From positions 1-64,000 of the forward strand of contig MU006022.1 of assembly GCA_010093745.1 (NCBI GenBank): a stretch of DNA of 64,000 nt, read 5' to 3'. Origin of the DNA: Piedraia hortae CBS 480.64 (Eukaryota). The notes beneath the pieces are model-generated. The model was not told where the DNA came from. It did not search any database and was given only the letters and a program-made list of their open reading frames with translations. A program made the position numbers and the translations under genes. Numbering within the stretch: position 1 is the stretch's first letter; every line of letters starts with the position of its first letter. Below are positions 35,871 to 48,003 of this stretch, piece after piece.

Positions 35871-36534
35871 ATGTCGTCGTCTGCGCCTCTTTACGACTTT
35901 AGTAAGGGGGACTTGTAATGAGTGGGAGGATACGGCTGACGATACAGCCATCCCGATCTTCATCAACGGCTTTACTGCGATGAAGAATAATCTGAAAAAG
36001 GGAGAACAATGGGCCAAGGACAACAATGTCTCGGCTGACAAGGTTTTGAACAGCAGCTTGGCCGATGACATGAAGGTAAGTTCCCGAGTAAACATTCAAG
36101 ACCCTGCTAAAGTCCAGTCCCTCCCATTCCAAGTTCAGTCAACGTCCAACACAGCCAAGTGGGTCGCCGTTCGTCTTGGTGGTTTGGAAAATGAAGTCAT
36201 GGAAGACAATGAGACCACCTTTGAGCAGCTGTACGAACGTATTGACAAGACGGTTGCTTATCTGAACAAGGTCAAGCCCGACCACTTCAAGGGCAAAGAA
36301 AACGATCAAGTTGTGGTCAAGTTCCCGGGACTGGAGCTCAAGGTGGGTGAAGGTTGCAAATTGCAGTGTGCGATATGTCAGCTGACACGAAAGCAGTTTA
36401 CCGGCGTCGACTATTTGCAGACTTTTGCGCTGCCCAATTTTTTCTTCCATCAGACGATGCTCTACGCGTTCCTGCGCAAGCTTGGAGTGCCGTTGGGCAA
36501 GCAGGACTTTCTTGTGATTAAGCAGCAGCACTGA
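35871..36534 (+). CDS. DUF1993 family protein (4 exons; introns 35902-35947, 36076-36117, 36343-36396)
   Basis: LADDMK|SLPFQVQ, DNETTFEQLYERIDKT, YLQTFALPNFFFH, LRKLGVPLGKQDF. Confidence 0.85.
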
Positions 36535-36651
36535 GTTATGGGAAAATGTACAGTTAGCTACCTAGCTACCTAGTTTAGGTAGGGCGCTACTAGCTGACAG
36601 TGGATCCCCACACCCTTGCTTTCTGCCACCTTTCCACTTTCCCTTCCAACA

Positions 36652-37815
36652 ATGCGCTTTTTATTAACGCTGGCGCTGTGCTGTCTAGCCATAGTATGTG
36701 CAGCTGCGGCAGAAGACTATTATAAACTGCTGGGGATCGATCGAAACGCCGATGACCGGGACATCAAAAAGGCCTACCGACGGCTGAGCAAAAAATACCA
36801 TCCGGACAAGAACCCAGACAATTCTACCGTACACAAAGCATTTGTCGCCGTGGCCGAGGCCTACGAGGTACTTATTGATCCCGAGCAGCGGCAGATATAC
36901 GACGCCCACGGCCACGAGGGCCTGGCGCGCCACAAGCAGGGCGGCGGAACAGCCCACGACCCGTTTGACCTCTTCAGCCGCTTCTTCGGCGGCAGCGGGC
37001 ACTTTGGTGGCCGTGCTGGCCCACGGCGGGGGCCTGACATGGAGGCCCGCCTCCTCGTGCCGCTGCGGGACTTCTACACGGGAGCAGAGCAGACGTTTAC
37101 GGTGGAAAAGGAGGGCATCTGTGAAAAGTGTGAGGGTTCAGGCTCGGCAGATGGGCAGCGAGAGCGATGCGGACGGTGCGGTGGACAGGGGGTTATAATA
37201 CAGAAGCAGATGCTCGCGCCGGGCATGTTCCAACAAATTCAAATGCCGTGCGACATATGTGGCGGAACAGGGAGTACCGTCAAGCATCGCTGTCAAACTT
37301 GCGGCGGCCGACGCGTCGTGTCGCGCCAGGAGACATACAAGGTCACCATTGACCGCGGCGCCGCAGCCGGGTCTCGCGTACGGTTCGAAAACGAGGCCAA
37401 CGAATCTCCCGACCATGTTGCCGGAGATTTATACGTCGTGCTCCAACAGGCCCCGCCAGAAGGCAACGACACAAATGGCGCTTTCTTCCGCCGCAAAGGC
37501 CAACATCTATTCTGGAGGGAACCGCTATCACTGCGCGAGGCATGGATGGGCGGGTGGGAAAGGAAGCTGACTCACTTGGACGGCCACACGGTCACGCTGT
37601 CACGACCCAAGGGGACTGTGGTGCAACCTAACGCCGTCGACGTGATCCAAGGCGAGGGCATGCCACTGCCGCGCCGTAACGACGACGACGGCGAACAGGA
37701 GTATGGGGCGCTGCACGTCGAGTACCTCGTGGTACTGCCAGACCAGATGGATGGGAAACTACGCAAGGAATTCGCCAAGGTGTGGGACAAGCACGCGGGC
37801 CACCAAGAGCTGTAG
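36652..37815 (+). CDS. SCJ1: ER-luminal type I DnaJ chaperone Scj1
   Basis: Signal peptide, J-domain with HPDKN, G/F region, CxxCxGxG repeats and C-terminal HQEL. Confidence 0.9.
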   Translation: MRFLLTLALCCLAIVCAAAAEDYYKLLGIDRNADDRDIKKAYRRLSKKYHPDKNPDNSTVHKAFVAVAEAYEVLIDPEQRQIYDAHGHEGLARHKQGGGTAHDPFDLFSRFFGGSGHFGGRAGPRRGPDMEARLLVPLRDFYTGAEQTFTVEKEGICEKCEGSGSADGQRERCGRCGGQGVIIQKQMLAPGMFQQIQMPCDICGGTGSTVKHRCQTCGGRRVVSRQETYKVTIDRGAAAGSRVRFENEANESPDHVAGDLYVVLQQAPPEGNDTNGAFFRRKGQHLFWREPLSLREAWMGGWERKLTHLDGHTVTLSRPKGTVVQPNAVDVIQGEGMPLPRRNDDDGEQEYGALHVEYLVVLPDQMDGKLRKEFAKVWDKHAGHQEL

Positions 37816-37838
37816 AAAGACGTTGCTAGGTGCCCCTA

Positions 37839-39011
37839 TTACACATTGCCGCCGCCGACCTTGGCCTTCCACGACTTCCAATTGGGCGCTGTCATGCTCA
37901 GCAGGCCACACTGTTCTTTGCGGTGACGGCGGAAGGTATCGTAAAGCGTCTTCCAAATCTCACGATCGCGGCACGGTGGACGCGTACAGTTGGGTTGCAT
38001 CTTCATGAGGCCATCGTGCGGCCACATGATCCACGGTTTAGGCAGCGGCCAGTCGCTGAAGTGCACGATGCGCGCCTCGTTCAGCACCGCGCGCGCGTCC
38101 CACTGTTCTTGCGTCGCCGCTGCCCCTGCCGCGCCCACCAGTCCCAAATATGGTGCGTGGTCGGCGCGGCGGAACTCGGCTGTGAGCAGCGCATAAGGAC
38201 GGTGTGGGAGCACCAAGGCCGATGCAGCGAAGCGGTGGTTGAGCAGCTCCATGTCGTAGTGCTTGGTGGTATTGATCCGTTCGTCACTCCGCCACGCACG
38301 CAGAGTCTCCAGTAGGCCGGCGAACTCGGCGCGACTGGGCTGCAGCAGCATGAGGAGGCTCGTCAGCGGCCATTCGCCCGGAGGCCGATCCGTGGTCCAG
38401 TAGGCGCGCGGCATGGCAATGCGCGCTGGCGGTAGCAAAAATAGATCATCCAGGTGCGCCTGCAGCAGTATGTCGCTGTCGAGGTGTAGCACGCGCTCGT
38501 ACTCGACCAGCTCGAATGCGCGCAGCTTCGTCATCGACGTATCCCACGTTGCCTCATCGCCTGGCGGCGGTACTGTAGCCTCACCGCGCTCATCTAGCAT
38601 GCGTACCGGCCGCAATTTGACGCCGAAGCGTTTCTGTGCTCGGGTGAGCAGCTCGCTCCATCTGTCTGACCCGCCCTGCGCCCGCGTCGCCCACTGTGGG
38701 TTATGAAGGAGGACGCGATCGGCCCGGCTGCCTGTCCGGTGCAGCGCCTCAAACACCATATAGGCGTTGCAGAGGTTCGTCTCGTCGGTGGCGTACAACA
38801 CGTACGCATGCTTGCTCCGCTCGACCTTGCTCGCCGTCGGCCATGACCGCCAGAGGAGAACGACGAAAAGCAGTGCCACCCACGGCCAGTAGTTCTTCCA
38901 CCGCCGCCCCGATGACGCTGTTGGTCGGACGGGCATTCCCCATTCATCCTCTTTGCCGTCGTACGTGTCCCCCGGCATCTTGCGGTAACGGTGTCGTGGG
39001 AGGGCCGCCAT
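37839..39011 (-). CDS. GT8 glycosyltransferase, Gnt1-like
   Basis: Type II TM anchor, AYVLYAT, NLCNA, SMTKLRAF, LHLDSD (DxD), AMPRAYW, VHFSDWPLPKPW. Confidence 0.85.
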   Translation of the reverse strand: MAALPRHRYRKMPGDTYDGKEDEWGMPVRPTASSGRRWKNYWPWVALLFVVLLWRSWPTASKVERSKHAYVLYATDETNLCNAYMVFEALHRTGSRADRVLLHNPQWATRAQGGSDRWSELLTRAQKRFGVKLRPVRMLDERGEATVPPPGDEATWDTSMTKLRAFELVEYERVLHLDSDILLQAHLDDLFLLPPARIAMPRAYWTTDRPPGEWPLTSLLMLLQPSRAEFAGLLETLRAWRSDERINTTKHYDMELLNHRFAASALVLPHRPYALLTAEFRRADHAPYLGLVGAAGAAATQEQWDARAVLNEARIVHFSDWPLPKPWIMWPHDGLMKMQPNCTRPPCRDREIWKTLYDTFRRHRKEQCGLLSMTAPNWKSWKAKVGGGNV

Positions 39012-39201
39012 GGAGAGGTTCCGAGATGTGCGTCATGCCAAGAAAGTGGACCGGAAGTTAACGTGCACAAGCGACATTCTACAGATAGCTTGATCAAGTA
39101 TGTGTACCACAGCCACTTCACGTTGTAGAGCAAAACGTATCATCTAGGTAGCACAGTAAAGACACGCCAAACAGCACAGTCAACCCTCGGAGTAGACCAA
39201 A

Positions 39202-40401
39202 TCAAAGCCCCAGCAGCGTCTCCACCAACCCTTCTGGCTGGTGAAAGAAGTCCATCATTACGACCCCCAACCTTTTGCCCTTAAGCTCTTTCAGTAGAGT
39301 CAACAGTTGCTCATTAATTCCTTTGGCCCCATCCTTGCCTTGGGCAAAGTCCACCGGCCTGAGGGACGGGCTGTTCAAAATCTTTGTTGCAGAGGTAAAC
39401 GTCCAGAAAAAGTCATTGGGGTGGTCTCCTCCTGCCGCCGAACGCAGGTTCTTCTGCACAGCGTCAAATTTGATTTGGATGTCCTCGGATGCCGTGGAAT
39501 TGATCGCAGTACGGGGCTGGTAGTAGTCTTCTATCCAGGCCCTGCCGCTGGAGCTGTATTCTAAGACAAAGGGTGTTTCTGAATTGTCGGTCCATCTAGG
39601 GGGGGAAAAGTCCAGCCCCGGCAAGGATCCGTTGTTAGGAATTGTATCCATGACAAACCGCTTGAGGAGCGTGATCTTGCCTCTTGCTTCTCCTAGCGTG
39701 CCGAACACTCCAACTGCGGAATTGATATAGTGTTTAGCGACGGGAGAGGATAGGATTCGGTGGAGCTCCTTCTGTGTGTCGGTGCTGTTCTTGTCGCGCT
39801 CGAGCTGGAAGGACAGAAAGAGCGCTTCGCTAGGATGCGTATCTAACCAGTTGTAGAATGCATACAGAACGTCTTCGACTGTCGCAGTCTCGGAAAGCAA
39901 GGCACTTCCATGCCAGAACACTAGGGTGCTTTTGGTTGCGTCGAATGCGTAACGAAGGTCGAAGGCACGAATGCCCTTGGACAGCATACTGGCCAGCGAG
40001 ATTGATTGGCATTGGTAGAATGTTGGATCCAGTTGTGGGAGGCCTAGAAGGGCTGAAACTGGAGCAAGTGCTGCTTGCGTCTCTAGCGTGTAGTTCCATG
40101 TGGCAGAGTCATGTGTTCCTGGTATATTCTTAAGAGTTCAGCTTGAAAACCTCTTGGCAGATGGCCGTTTTCTTACCATGCGGACTATCGGTACATCATC
40201 AGCATATTTGCTCATCCATCTCTCCGTTGGGATCGTGGACACATTCGTTTCAGTTCCGAATATAGGCTCTGCATCCTTCAACACTTTTTGCAATGCGTAG
40301 TCTGTTAGGGCATCTTTCTTGAATGATCCCATCGCTAAGCTCGCCACATGTGCCGGGTGGGCGAGCATCGCCCATAAGAATATCAGCATTAGTGGTATCA
40401 T
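39202..40401 (-). CDS. Secreted PI-specific phospholipase C, X-domain (2 exons; intron 40129-40176)
   Basis: Signal peptide; WMS..., RM|NIPGTHDSATW, GIRAFDLR, FWHG, ARGKITL, GVVMMDF. Confidence 0.85.
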
Positions 40402-40693
40402 GACTCGAACATTGGTTGGGCACCAGTTTCTTAACATGTGGTCTGGCACGATGCCGCGGTGAGCATCATGTGACGTGGCTGGGAACAGAAGGGCGACCAA
40501 GTAAATCTAGTTCAATTAAAACGTGTGCCATTAGCTCGTCTCGTTGCTCTTGAACCGAATTCGTGGGCCGATGAGGACGAGAGAGGAAGGCACGTGGGCT
40601 GGCCCGTGCCTTTAACATCCGGCACTTGCCAAGCAAATGTCAAATTCCCCACAGATATATCAAACTTCGGTCGTGTACGTGTAGGCTTTCAAA

Positions 40694-41782
40694 ATGGAAG
40701 TAGGATCAGTCAGGACGATGATCCTGCACGCCCAGCCAAGCTGTATTACTTTTTTACCAAACGCCCCCAAGTACTTCGTCATCGGAACATATGCTTTGGA
40801 CAACTTTCAGGAGGATCAGAACAGCTCGGACCACGAAGAACAGCATGATTCTCCCCAAACTCGCAGCGGCACTATCCTCTTCTATCAGCTTGGCCCAAAG
40901 ATGCAAGAAGCGACCTTGCTTTCGTGGCTACCCACAGATTCCGGCATCCTAAATTTTCAATTCTCGCCCCAGCAGCCCAGGAACTTGCTTGCAGCAGCAA
41001 CCTCGAATGGCAAAATTGTATATTACACCGTCGATCCCACCACCGGTAATCAAATTTCCCGGCAAAATGAACACAGTATCGCAGACCCAAGTACGCTGGT
41101 CCTCGACCTGGCATGGCATCCAAGCGGAAACATGCTGGCAGTGGGTACATCTGATGGCCGAGTGATTCTCTGCGATACAATTACTGTTGAGGATGTCGGT
41201 GTGGAAGTCACCCACCAGCGGGATATTGGGATGCACGATTATTCTCTTCAAGTTTGGTGTGTGGTCTTTTGGGGCAGCAGTGTGTTATCTGGGGGGGATG
41301 ATTCTGCTTTGGTCGCTTCTTCCCCATCTCAGGACGATGGGGAAACGAAGCAATGTTGGAAAGATACCAAGATTCATGGCGCAGGTGTTACGGCAATTCT
41401 ACCTCTTACAGATGATCTAATTGTGACTGGTAGCTTTGATGATACTATAAGGCTCGTCAACGTGCCGCAGACGGGCACTGGAAGAAGAAAGGTCCTAACA
41501 GAACAAAAGCTTGGAGGCGGTGTATGGAGGTTGGCTCCATTGTACTCTAATGTCAAAGAATGGCGAATTCTGGTAAGTTGCATGCATGCTGGTGCGCAAA
41601 TTGTAAGACTTTTTGAGAACCAAGATGGGTGGAGGTTTGAAGTTCTGATGCGATGTACAAAGCACAAGAGCATGAACTATGCCAGTGCGAGTCAACCAAA
41701 AAGTGATGATGTGACCGTTGCCTCCACAAGCTTCTATGATCGGACACTATGCCTGTGGAATGGCAAAGCTACAAGTGTGTAG
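40694..41782 (+). CDS. DPH7: WD40 diphthine methylesterase Dph7/Rrt2
   Basis: FVIGTY, SGGDDS, HGAGVTAI, TGSFDD, LGGGVWRL, CMHAG, HKSMNYA, STSFYDR. Confidence 0.85.
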   Translation: MEVGSVRTMILHAQPSCITFLPNAPKYFVIGTYALDNFQEDQNSSDHEEQHDSPQTRSGTILFYQLGPKMQEATLLSWLPTDSGILNFQFSPQQPRNLLAAATSNGKIVYYTVDPTTGNQISRQNEHSIADPSTLVLDLAWHPSGNMLAVGTSDGRVILCDTITVEDVGVEVTHQRDIGMHDYSLQVWCVVFWGSSVLSGGDDSALVASSPSQDDGETKQCWKDTKIHGAGVTAILPLTDDLIVTGSFDDTIRLVNVPQTGTGRRKVLTEQKLGGGVWRLAPLYSNVKEWRILVSCMHAGAQIVRLFENQDGWRFEVLMRCTKHKSMNYASASQPKSDDVTVASTSFYDRTLCLWNGKATSV

Positions 41783-41880
41783 TTTCATGGCTGCTCTATC
41801 CTGTCAAATGTACAACGCCAAACTCATTAGCCATTTTTCTTCTGCACGTAAAAAAAACAACATCACACATGACCGAAAGC

Positions 41881-42762
41881 TCAAGTCTCCCCAGGGCCGG
41901 AGATCTTGATAGATGGCATTGGAGGTGGAGGGACCCCGTTACGGTTGTCCCTCGCTCGTCGCCACTTGAGGACTGTTTTCCTTTGGTCGCCCTGTCATAG
42001 CAAATCAGATTAGCTCGGAGCGAGCGCCCAAGAGTGCCGTACCTTGATTTCAGTAGGCCCCTCGCTCCCGAGAACGAGCACCTGCCCGTCTTCCTCGAAT
42101 CTATGCGTTCGTACCTGGATGTTGCCGATCCATCCAGGGAGACTACACACTTGGAAGGTATGTCTCAAACATTCGCCGTCGCCCTCACGGGTAATATAGT
42201 AGGGCCCGCTGTAGCAGAAGAAGCGCTTGCAGGCCTCAGCCCATTGGGCCTCTAGATCAGCCGTTGTCCCCGGTCCAGCAGGGCTCTTGGCATCCGTTGG
42301 CTTCGCCTCAGCCCGCTTGAAAGGCCTCTGGCCCGGAATCAACATCTGAGCAGCCATGTATCCGTCAGGCGTGTAAAGGATGAAACCCGTCACGTTCCGG
42401 GTCATGGGATAAGTGGGCCGCTGGATAGTGCTCTCGGGCGTCGGATAGGCTATGTAAGATTCCAGCTTCCACGTCCCGATCAGCCTGGACCGTAGGTCGG
42501 CGACACTGTCCCCTTCGGTCGCAACGTCGCTGACGCAGGGCGTGACGGGACGGCAACCTTCACCGCCAGGCTGCATGGTCGGATGTGACGAGTGCGAGTA
42601 GTTGGTTAGCAGGCATGGAGATGGGGACGGACTCGGTCCGTTAACCTTTGAATGGGGCTTGGGCTTGGGCGAAGGGGAGCGCGGGCGGGAGCGGGAGCGG
42701 GAACGGGGCTTGTTAAAGGTCGCTGTAGGAACTTGGAGAAAGCTCTGCGCGGGTACAGGCAT
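41881..42762 (-). CDS. Lipocalin-like (Lipocalin_5) domain protein with RS/SP-rich N-terminus (2 exons; intron 41992-42042)
   Basis: LIGTWKLESY, GFILYTPDGYMAAQM, YSGPY, WIGNIQVR; splicing adds GDQRKTVLKWRRA. Confidence 0.75.
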
Positions 42763-43013
42763 TCGCTACTGTTGAGGTCTCGGTGACACGGAGGCGCGCA
42801 GGTGGAGCCGTGACGTGCAGGGCGCGGGGCTGAAGGAGCTACTGCGACGACGTTGGACTATCGGTGACGGCCAGCGGCAGCCGAACGCGGCTGTATCCAG
42901 TCTGCTATACTGTGTGATACCGCAATTAACTACTCAATGTCCGACGCCATCATTTGCTCGTGTACCCAGTATCAGATTTTCATAACTGACCGTTTGGTAT
43001 CTATGGTTTTACG

Positions 43014-45386
43014 CTAATACGGCGAGTTCACCACCTCCCTCCTGGCTTTTCTCGGCGTAGCCATGATAGACTCCCGCGTAGGCCGCTGCAAAGCTCTTCT
43101 GGCAACCATGTCCACCTCATTTGGCAGCGCAACAATGATGTTCTTGTCTGACCCGAACCGGAAATTGTCTGCCATGACCTTCTCTGCGTAACGTTTGATG
43201 TGATACGGGTCCTTGCGGTTAGCCAACACCTTTCTCATGCTCCACGTTACCACAAACGGGCCCGTCGACGAAATGACGGTCGTCTCCTCGTGACCCTCGC
43301 CCGTGTTGAAACGTGCGGGCGTAAAGGCGAGTGGCTGACCCGTCTCGTGCTGGAACTGGGCAACGTGGCTCGGTGCAAGTGCCAGTCGGCGCGGCTGAGG
43401 CTTGCTGTCCTTCCCAAATGCCCGTTCGAAACCGAGCTTGCCCTCGTGCTTTCCCTCATGCTGCAAAGCATCTACCAAAAGCAGATATGTTCGTGTAGTA
43501 GCCAAGACCCATCGTCCATCTGCGGATACGTCGATCCCGATGATAGGATCACCCAAGGCTGGTAATGCGGTCTTGGCATTGATGCCTAGCCGGTCGAACA
43601 AGCGAATATCGCCTTTGCTCGATGCCACGGCAATGTAGCCCTTGTCGGTCGTTGCAGCTGCCGAAAACTCGTTCTTGCTGGCATATTGCTTCAGCTGCGT
43701 ATCCACTAGCTTCTGTCCAGCCAAGCGTGGGTCGATGCGGAACAGAGCGTTTTTGCTCAGGCCCAGGAAGGTCTGTTCGTCCGTTCCCTGGGCGAACTTG
43801 CTCTCCGGAGCAAAGATGTTGACGGGGATGTCGTCATGCACCTTCCATTCATCCACAACCTTTCCGTATTCCATATCCATGCGGTACAAACTGTGCGGAT
43901 CTGATTCGTTTTGCAATACCATGTCGCGGTCGGCAGCACGCAGCATGACTTTTTGCGGTGAAAAACTTTTGCCCTTGGGAGTTGCGATCTTATTGATTGA
44001 TGTTGCAAATTCGAGCCGGTTATCGTCTGTGTGCTTGAAGACACCAATCTTGTCGCCGCGCACTACAAACGAGCGATCGCCTTTGGTACCGACCGCCAGC
44101 TGACTGTTGACCTCGCCGTTGGCTTCGAGACCGGTTCTGACTTCATCCTCATCTTCGTCTTCGTCGTAATCTTCCGCCTGGTGCTGATATGGCTCCTCAT
44201 CGTATTCCTCGTATTCCTCATCATACTCTTCATCTTCCTCCGCCGCTTCGCGTTCTCGTTCGTCGTCGGCTTGGTCAACCGTTAGGTCGTTAAAAGCATC
44301 CAGCACATAGTCCTGGTCAGACTTGACCGCCGTCTTCCATCTGGTTTCGTTGAGATGTTCCCACAAGGCACGCATCAGTCCTTCTTGGAAGCGCTCTTCA
44401 GACTCGCGATTTTCAAACTTGAGGAGCCAAGAGTAAGCGGAACCATCCTCGTCGTAGTGATTGAAGATGAAGCTGGTGTATTCAAAGTTGAAGACTGGAT
44501 TGATATCGGGCACTACGTCCTGGCCGAGCCATTCTTTGTCGCCCGTAATGTGCAGCCAATATCGCCATTTGCCAAGATCGCTCACCGTCGCTTGCACGCA
44601 CGCATCCTGCAGGACAAATGTGCCCGTGTTGAAGTCGAACAGGTGGAGTTCCGCCGGCTCATCCGACAGCACTTCGCCGTCCTGCGACGGTGCCTTACGG
44701 GACACAGGAAGCTTGGTCGGCGTCGAGATTTTTGCAAGCGTCAGCGACTGCCGCGCTGGCTGTCGGCTCCGTACCATGTCGGCTTGTCGCGAAGGTGTGC
44801 GGATGCTAGCCGGGCTGCTCTCTACGTCGATGGCGACGGGACTTGCTTCCGGCACAGGTTCGTCGTCAAAAGAGAACTGAGCGAGCTCCGCAGGACTCGC
44901 CTGAGTATGCGGCCTTCTGTACTGGCGCTCGTACTGGCACTGGGCCGCTATGAGGCCAAAGTTCGACACAGACGCTGCGTGTGTCGTGGCCTTGTCGCAA
45001 ATGAATTCAAAGACGTCGCCTTCGTCGCCTGAAAGGTCTAGCCAGGCCAAGACTGCCTCGCCGTCTTCCCTGACTTCTGCCCGGAAACGCAGCTCCTTAT
45101 CCAGTAAAAACGTCCGCTCGTCCTCACTGCGACCTTCAGCTTCGTCTTCAGCCTCCTCCAGTAACTCCTCCTCGCCTTCCTCGTATGCACGTTGGATGAC
45201 CAGCTGGTACTGGAATTCCTGGCCTGTCCGACGAATGTATGCCGCTGCGTCTTTGTACAGAAGCTCGCTTGAGCCTTTGATAGAATGCGGGCGCACAAGA
45301 TACAGCGTACCGGCAGGAAGCTCGACAATGTTGACCTTGTTCGCGTTGCCAAATAGATAGTTGGATAGGCTCTTCAGCGCGAACAT
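43014..45386 (-). CDS. VID27: Vacuolar import and degradation protein Vid27
   Basis: FQYQLVIQRAYEEGEEEL, NSQLAVG..DRSFVVRG, YGKVVDEW, RIDPRL, NAKTALPALG, DNFRFG. Confidence 0.9.
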   Translation of the reverse strand: MFALKSLSNYLFGNANKVNIVELPAGTLYLVRPHSIKGSSELLYKDAAAYIRRTGQEFQYQLVIQRAYEEGEEELLEEAEDEAEGRSEDERTFLLDKELRFRAEVREDGEAVLAWLDLSGDEGDVFEFICDKATTHAASVSNFGLIAAQCQYERQYRRPHTQASPAELAQFSFDDEPVPEASPVAIDVESSPASIRTPSRQADMVRSRQPARQSLTLAKISTPTKLPVSRKAPSQDGEVLSDEPAELHLFDFNTGTFVLQDACVQATVSDLGKWRYWLHITGDKEWLGQDVVPDINPVFNFEYTSFIFNHYDEDGSAYSWLLKFENRESEERFQEGLMRALWEHLNETRWKTAVKSDQDYVLDAFNDLTVDQADDEREREAAEEDEEYDEEYEEYDEEPYQHQAEDYDEDEDEDEVRTGLEANGEVNSQLAVGTKGDRSFVVRGDKIGVFKHTDDNRLEFATSINKIATPKGKSFSPQKVMLRAADRDMVLQNESDPHSLYRMDMEYGKVVDEWKVHDDIPVNIFAPESKFAQGTDEQTFLGLSKNALFRIDPRLAGQKLVDTQLKQYASKNEFSAAATTDKGYIAVASSKGDIRLFDRLGINAKTALPALGDPIIGIDVSADGRWVLATTRTYLLLVDALQHEGKHEGKLGFERAFGKDSKPQPRRLALAPSHVAQFQHETGQPLAFTPARFNTGEGHEETTVISSTGPFVVTWSMRKVLANRKDPYHIKRYAEKVMADNFRFGSDKNIIVALPNEVDMVARRALQRPTRESIMATPRKARREVVNSPY

Positions 45387-46241
45387 TGTTGATGGCTGAT
45401 GCAACAGCTTTACGTCAGAACACGTGCCGTCTGAATAAAGAAAGTCAGGTGATTTCACGTGCACCAAGCCAAGGGTTCACCACCTACCACTGCTGACGTT
45501 ATGCACCGTCGAGGAATGCGGGCAACACGAAGCGACACGGCAGGGCAGGCAGCAGGTGCGTTGTACTCGGAGATTTGTGCGACACTAAGCTAGTGCACGA
45601 TGCAGCTTGATTGGCCAAGCGCGGCTGGAAGTGTTTGGCGGTGATGGTCTATATGGGCAAAGACTGGTTGGCGGTGATTGGCGAACGACTGCGTCCACAG
45701 CCCTTGCATGAGCCTGCGCGTGGAAGTTCATAGACGCCGGGACGACGAAGCTCAGGTGCGGGGCAACGGCATGTGACTCGCGTGCAATCACGTGATTGAT
45801 GACTGATGATACGATATCGTTATCATGGATGCAATGAACGCGGGGCGCGATTCCCATTGGGCGAAGAGGGGCAGCAATGACGGATCTGATATCCGTTACC
45901 GTCTCCATTACAGCCTTTCCTTGCGTCCACCACTTTGCCCTGCCCCGCCCTGGCCTCGAAGCCTCGTCCCTGCGCCTCTTTGATCATCAATACCAGGCGA
46001 AAGCCGGGGCGGAGGGCAAGCCCCCCTGAAACCGATCTGGCAGTGTCAAAAAGCATCCAAAGAACGTTTTCCTGCAGGCGCCCGCTCACCCCAAACCTAT
46101 ACACCTGCAGTTTGCTGTCCGTTTCCCGAGTCCCATCCACCCTTTACCCGGAAATTCGCCACTTAACCCCGCCACCGTTAAATTCAGCCCGAGCCTTCTT
46201 CACAGACCTCTTATAACTGCTGACCCTCTTAATCCCTCGGC

Positions 46242-47480
46242 ATGGCCGTCTTTGCCCCAGTGAACGCGGCTGAGCCCTCTGTCGCTGCGGCGCCAGTCAA
46301 GGGCGATGTAAGGATGGGCGAGAGCGCGGATACAAAAGCTGAGGACAACGCATCAGACGCTGAGAGTGATTCTCATCGACCCCTCAAGAAAAAGAAGGGC
46401 CAGCGCTTCTCGTGCACTGAATTCCCACCGTGCCAGCTGAGCTTCACGCGCAGCGAGCATCTGGCAAGACACATCAGAAAGCACACGGGCGAGAGACCGT
46501 TCCAGTGCCACTGCGCTCGCCGCTTCTCACGCCTTGACAACCTCCGCCAGCATGCCCAGACAGTGCACAGCAATGAAGACATCCCGTCAGATTCGCTAGC
46601 TGCCACCAGCACCCGTTTCCAACGGCAGATTCGCACAGATCGCATTCGAGCACCCATCGGCCGTTCGCTAGCCTCCGTTTCCGGCAGTCAGGGACGAGGC
46701 CACGTGCGCAACCAGTCCAACTCCAGCGTTGCCTCCAATGCTTCGAGTATTGTAGGTCCCGACGAGGCTCGCCGACTCCAGCCATCCTTGGCCAGGGGCG
46801 GCGACGCCGTTGCCCGTGCCAGGCTGACAATCGACACGTACGGCGCCACGGCCGCCCCGTACAACTACTACGCACACTCGCCCATCTCTCAGATTGGTCC
46901 GGCCACTCCACTTTCGCGCTCTTCCACCTTCTCCGGCCGCTCATTGCGGCGGCTGTCGATGCCCTTGAGCGGCCCATATTCGTCCAATCTGCCACCAGGC
47001 TCCATTCCCTTCAGCCCAATATCTCCGGCCACCCCTTCAGCGTATTCACCAGGTCCAAGTACTGTGACCAGTCCCACTGCTTCACTCTTTTCGGCTCGTC
47101 CTGAATCTGAAGCAGAGGTCGAATGTCGCCGACGCACCTGGCATCCTGGAACCAATGCATCTTTCAACTTCAATCGACCCGCCACCAGTGGACTGCTCTA
47201 TCACCAGACTCCGAACGACCACCGACCCGCAGCCTCATCCCAACCCGCAGCGGGGCAGATCACGCGACTGCCGGGTATCGAGAGCTTTGACTGCGTGCCT
47301 CCACAGCCCCTATTAGGGGATGTACCACGACGTTCTCACAGGGGCTCAGTAACCGGGCTGGATCAAAGAATTACCCGCCTTGATCTAACGGCAAACAATG
47401 CCGAGGGATGGCCAGACACGCGTCATATACGGTCTGAACATGTTCATAACTCGTCAGCTGAGGCTGGCACGCATGGGTGA
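46242..47480 (+). CDS. C2H2 zinc-finger transcription factor (Usv1/Nsf1-like)
   Basis: Two fingers [54 protein letters not shown], plus RRRTWH and RLPGIESFD motifs. The 3' end is uncertain. Confidence 0.8.
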   Translation: MAVFAPVNAAEPSVAAAPVKGDVRMGESADTKAEDNASDAESDSHRPLKKKKGQRFSCTEFPPCQLSFTRSEHLARHIRKHTGERPFQCHCARRFSRLDNLRQHAQTVHSNEDIPSDSLAATSTRFQRQIRTDRIRAPIGRSLASVSGSQGRGHVRNQSNSSVASNASSIVGPDEARRLQPSLARGGDAVARARLTIDTYGATAAPYNYYAHSPISQIGPATPLSRSSTFSGRSLRRLSMPLSGPYSSNLPPGSIPFSPISPATPSAYSPGPSTVTSPTASLFSARPESEAEVECRRRTWHPGTNASFNFNRPATSGLLYHQTPNDHRPAASSQPAAGQITRLPGIESFDCVPPQPLLGDVPRRSHRGSVTGLDQRITRLDLTANNAEGWPDTRHIRSEHVHNSSAEAGTHG

Positions 47481-48003
47481 CGGTGCGGAGCCATCCCAAC
47501 GATCCTAAAGGATCGTTGACACTGCCGGATGCAGAAAAGTGCCTCTCTGATCTTGTCTGATGGATGAGACAAATTTAGTCCATTCTCCATGCGATTTCAC
47601 AGCTACCATCGACACAACACTTGTCGAAGAATTACCGCAGAGCCAAGTCAATTGGGACGAGCGCAGGCTCGGCGGGGGGCTTTGTGTAGCTTGAAATCTT
47701 GAAATTAGTGATGAGGATATGATACCCTTGGAGTTTTGCTGTGCAATTGTGAGCGTTGAGTGTTGGTAGGAATGGAACTTTTGCGTTGAAGAACTGCGCT
47801 TTGATTGCTCGAACTGGCAAGCGACACTGGGAGTTTCAAACACACGTGATCGGGAGCAGCCGCATCCCTGGCGCGGGGCTTGGCGCTGCAGACCACCTGG
47901 CAAGAAGAGGCCAGGCCAGGAGGGGCACGAGGCAATAGGCAGTAGCAAGAGAAAGAGTTGAAAGGCGCAACAGGACAGGCAACAGCCCAGACGGTGCCGG
48001 AAA

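Noticed and set aside
36553..36595. TAGCTACC tandem repeat between the DUF1993 gene and SCJ1
   Set aside because: About two units only; no supportable function
47481..47700. Possible extra coding exon for the C2H2 transcription factor
   Set aside because: A short open frame exists, but I could not establish a convincing splice path or homology
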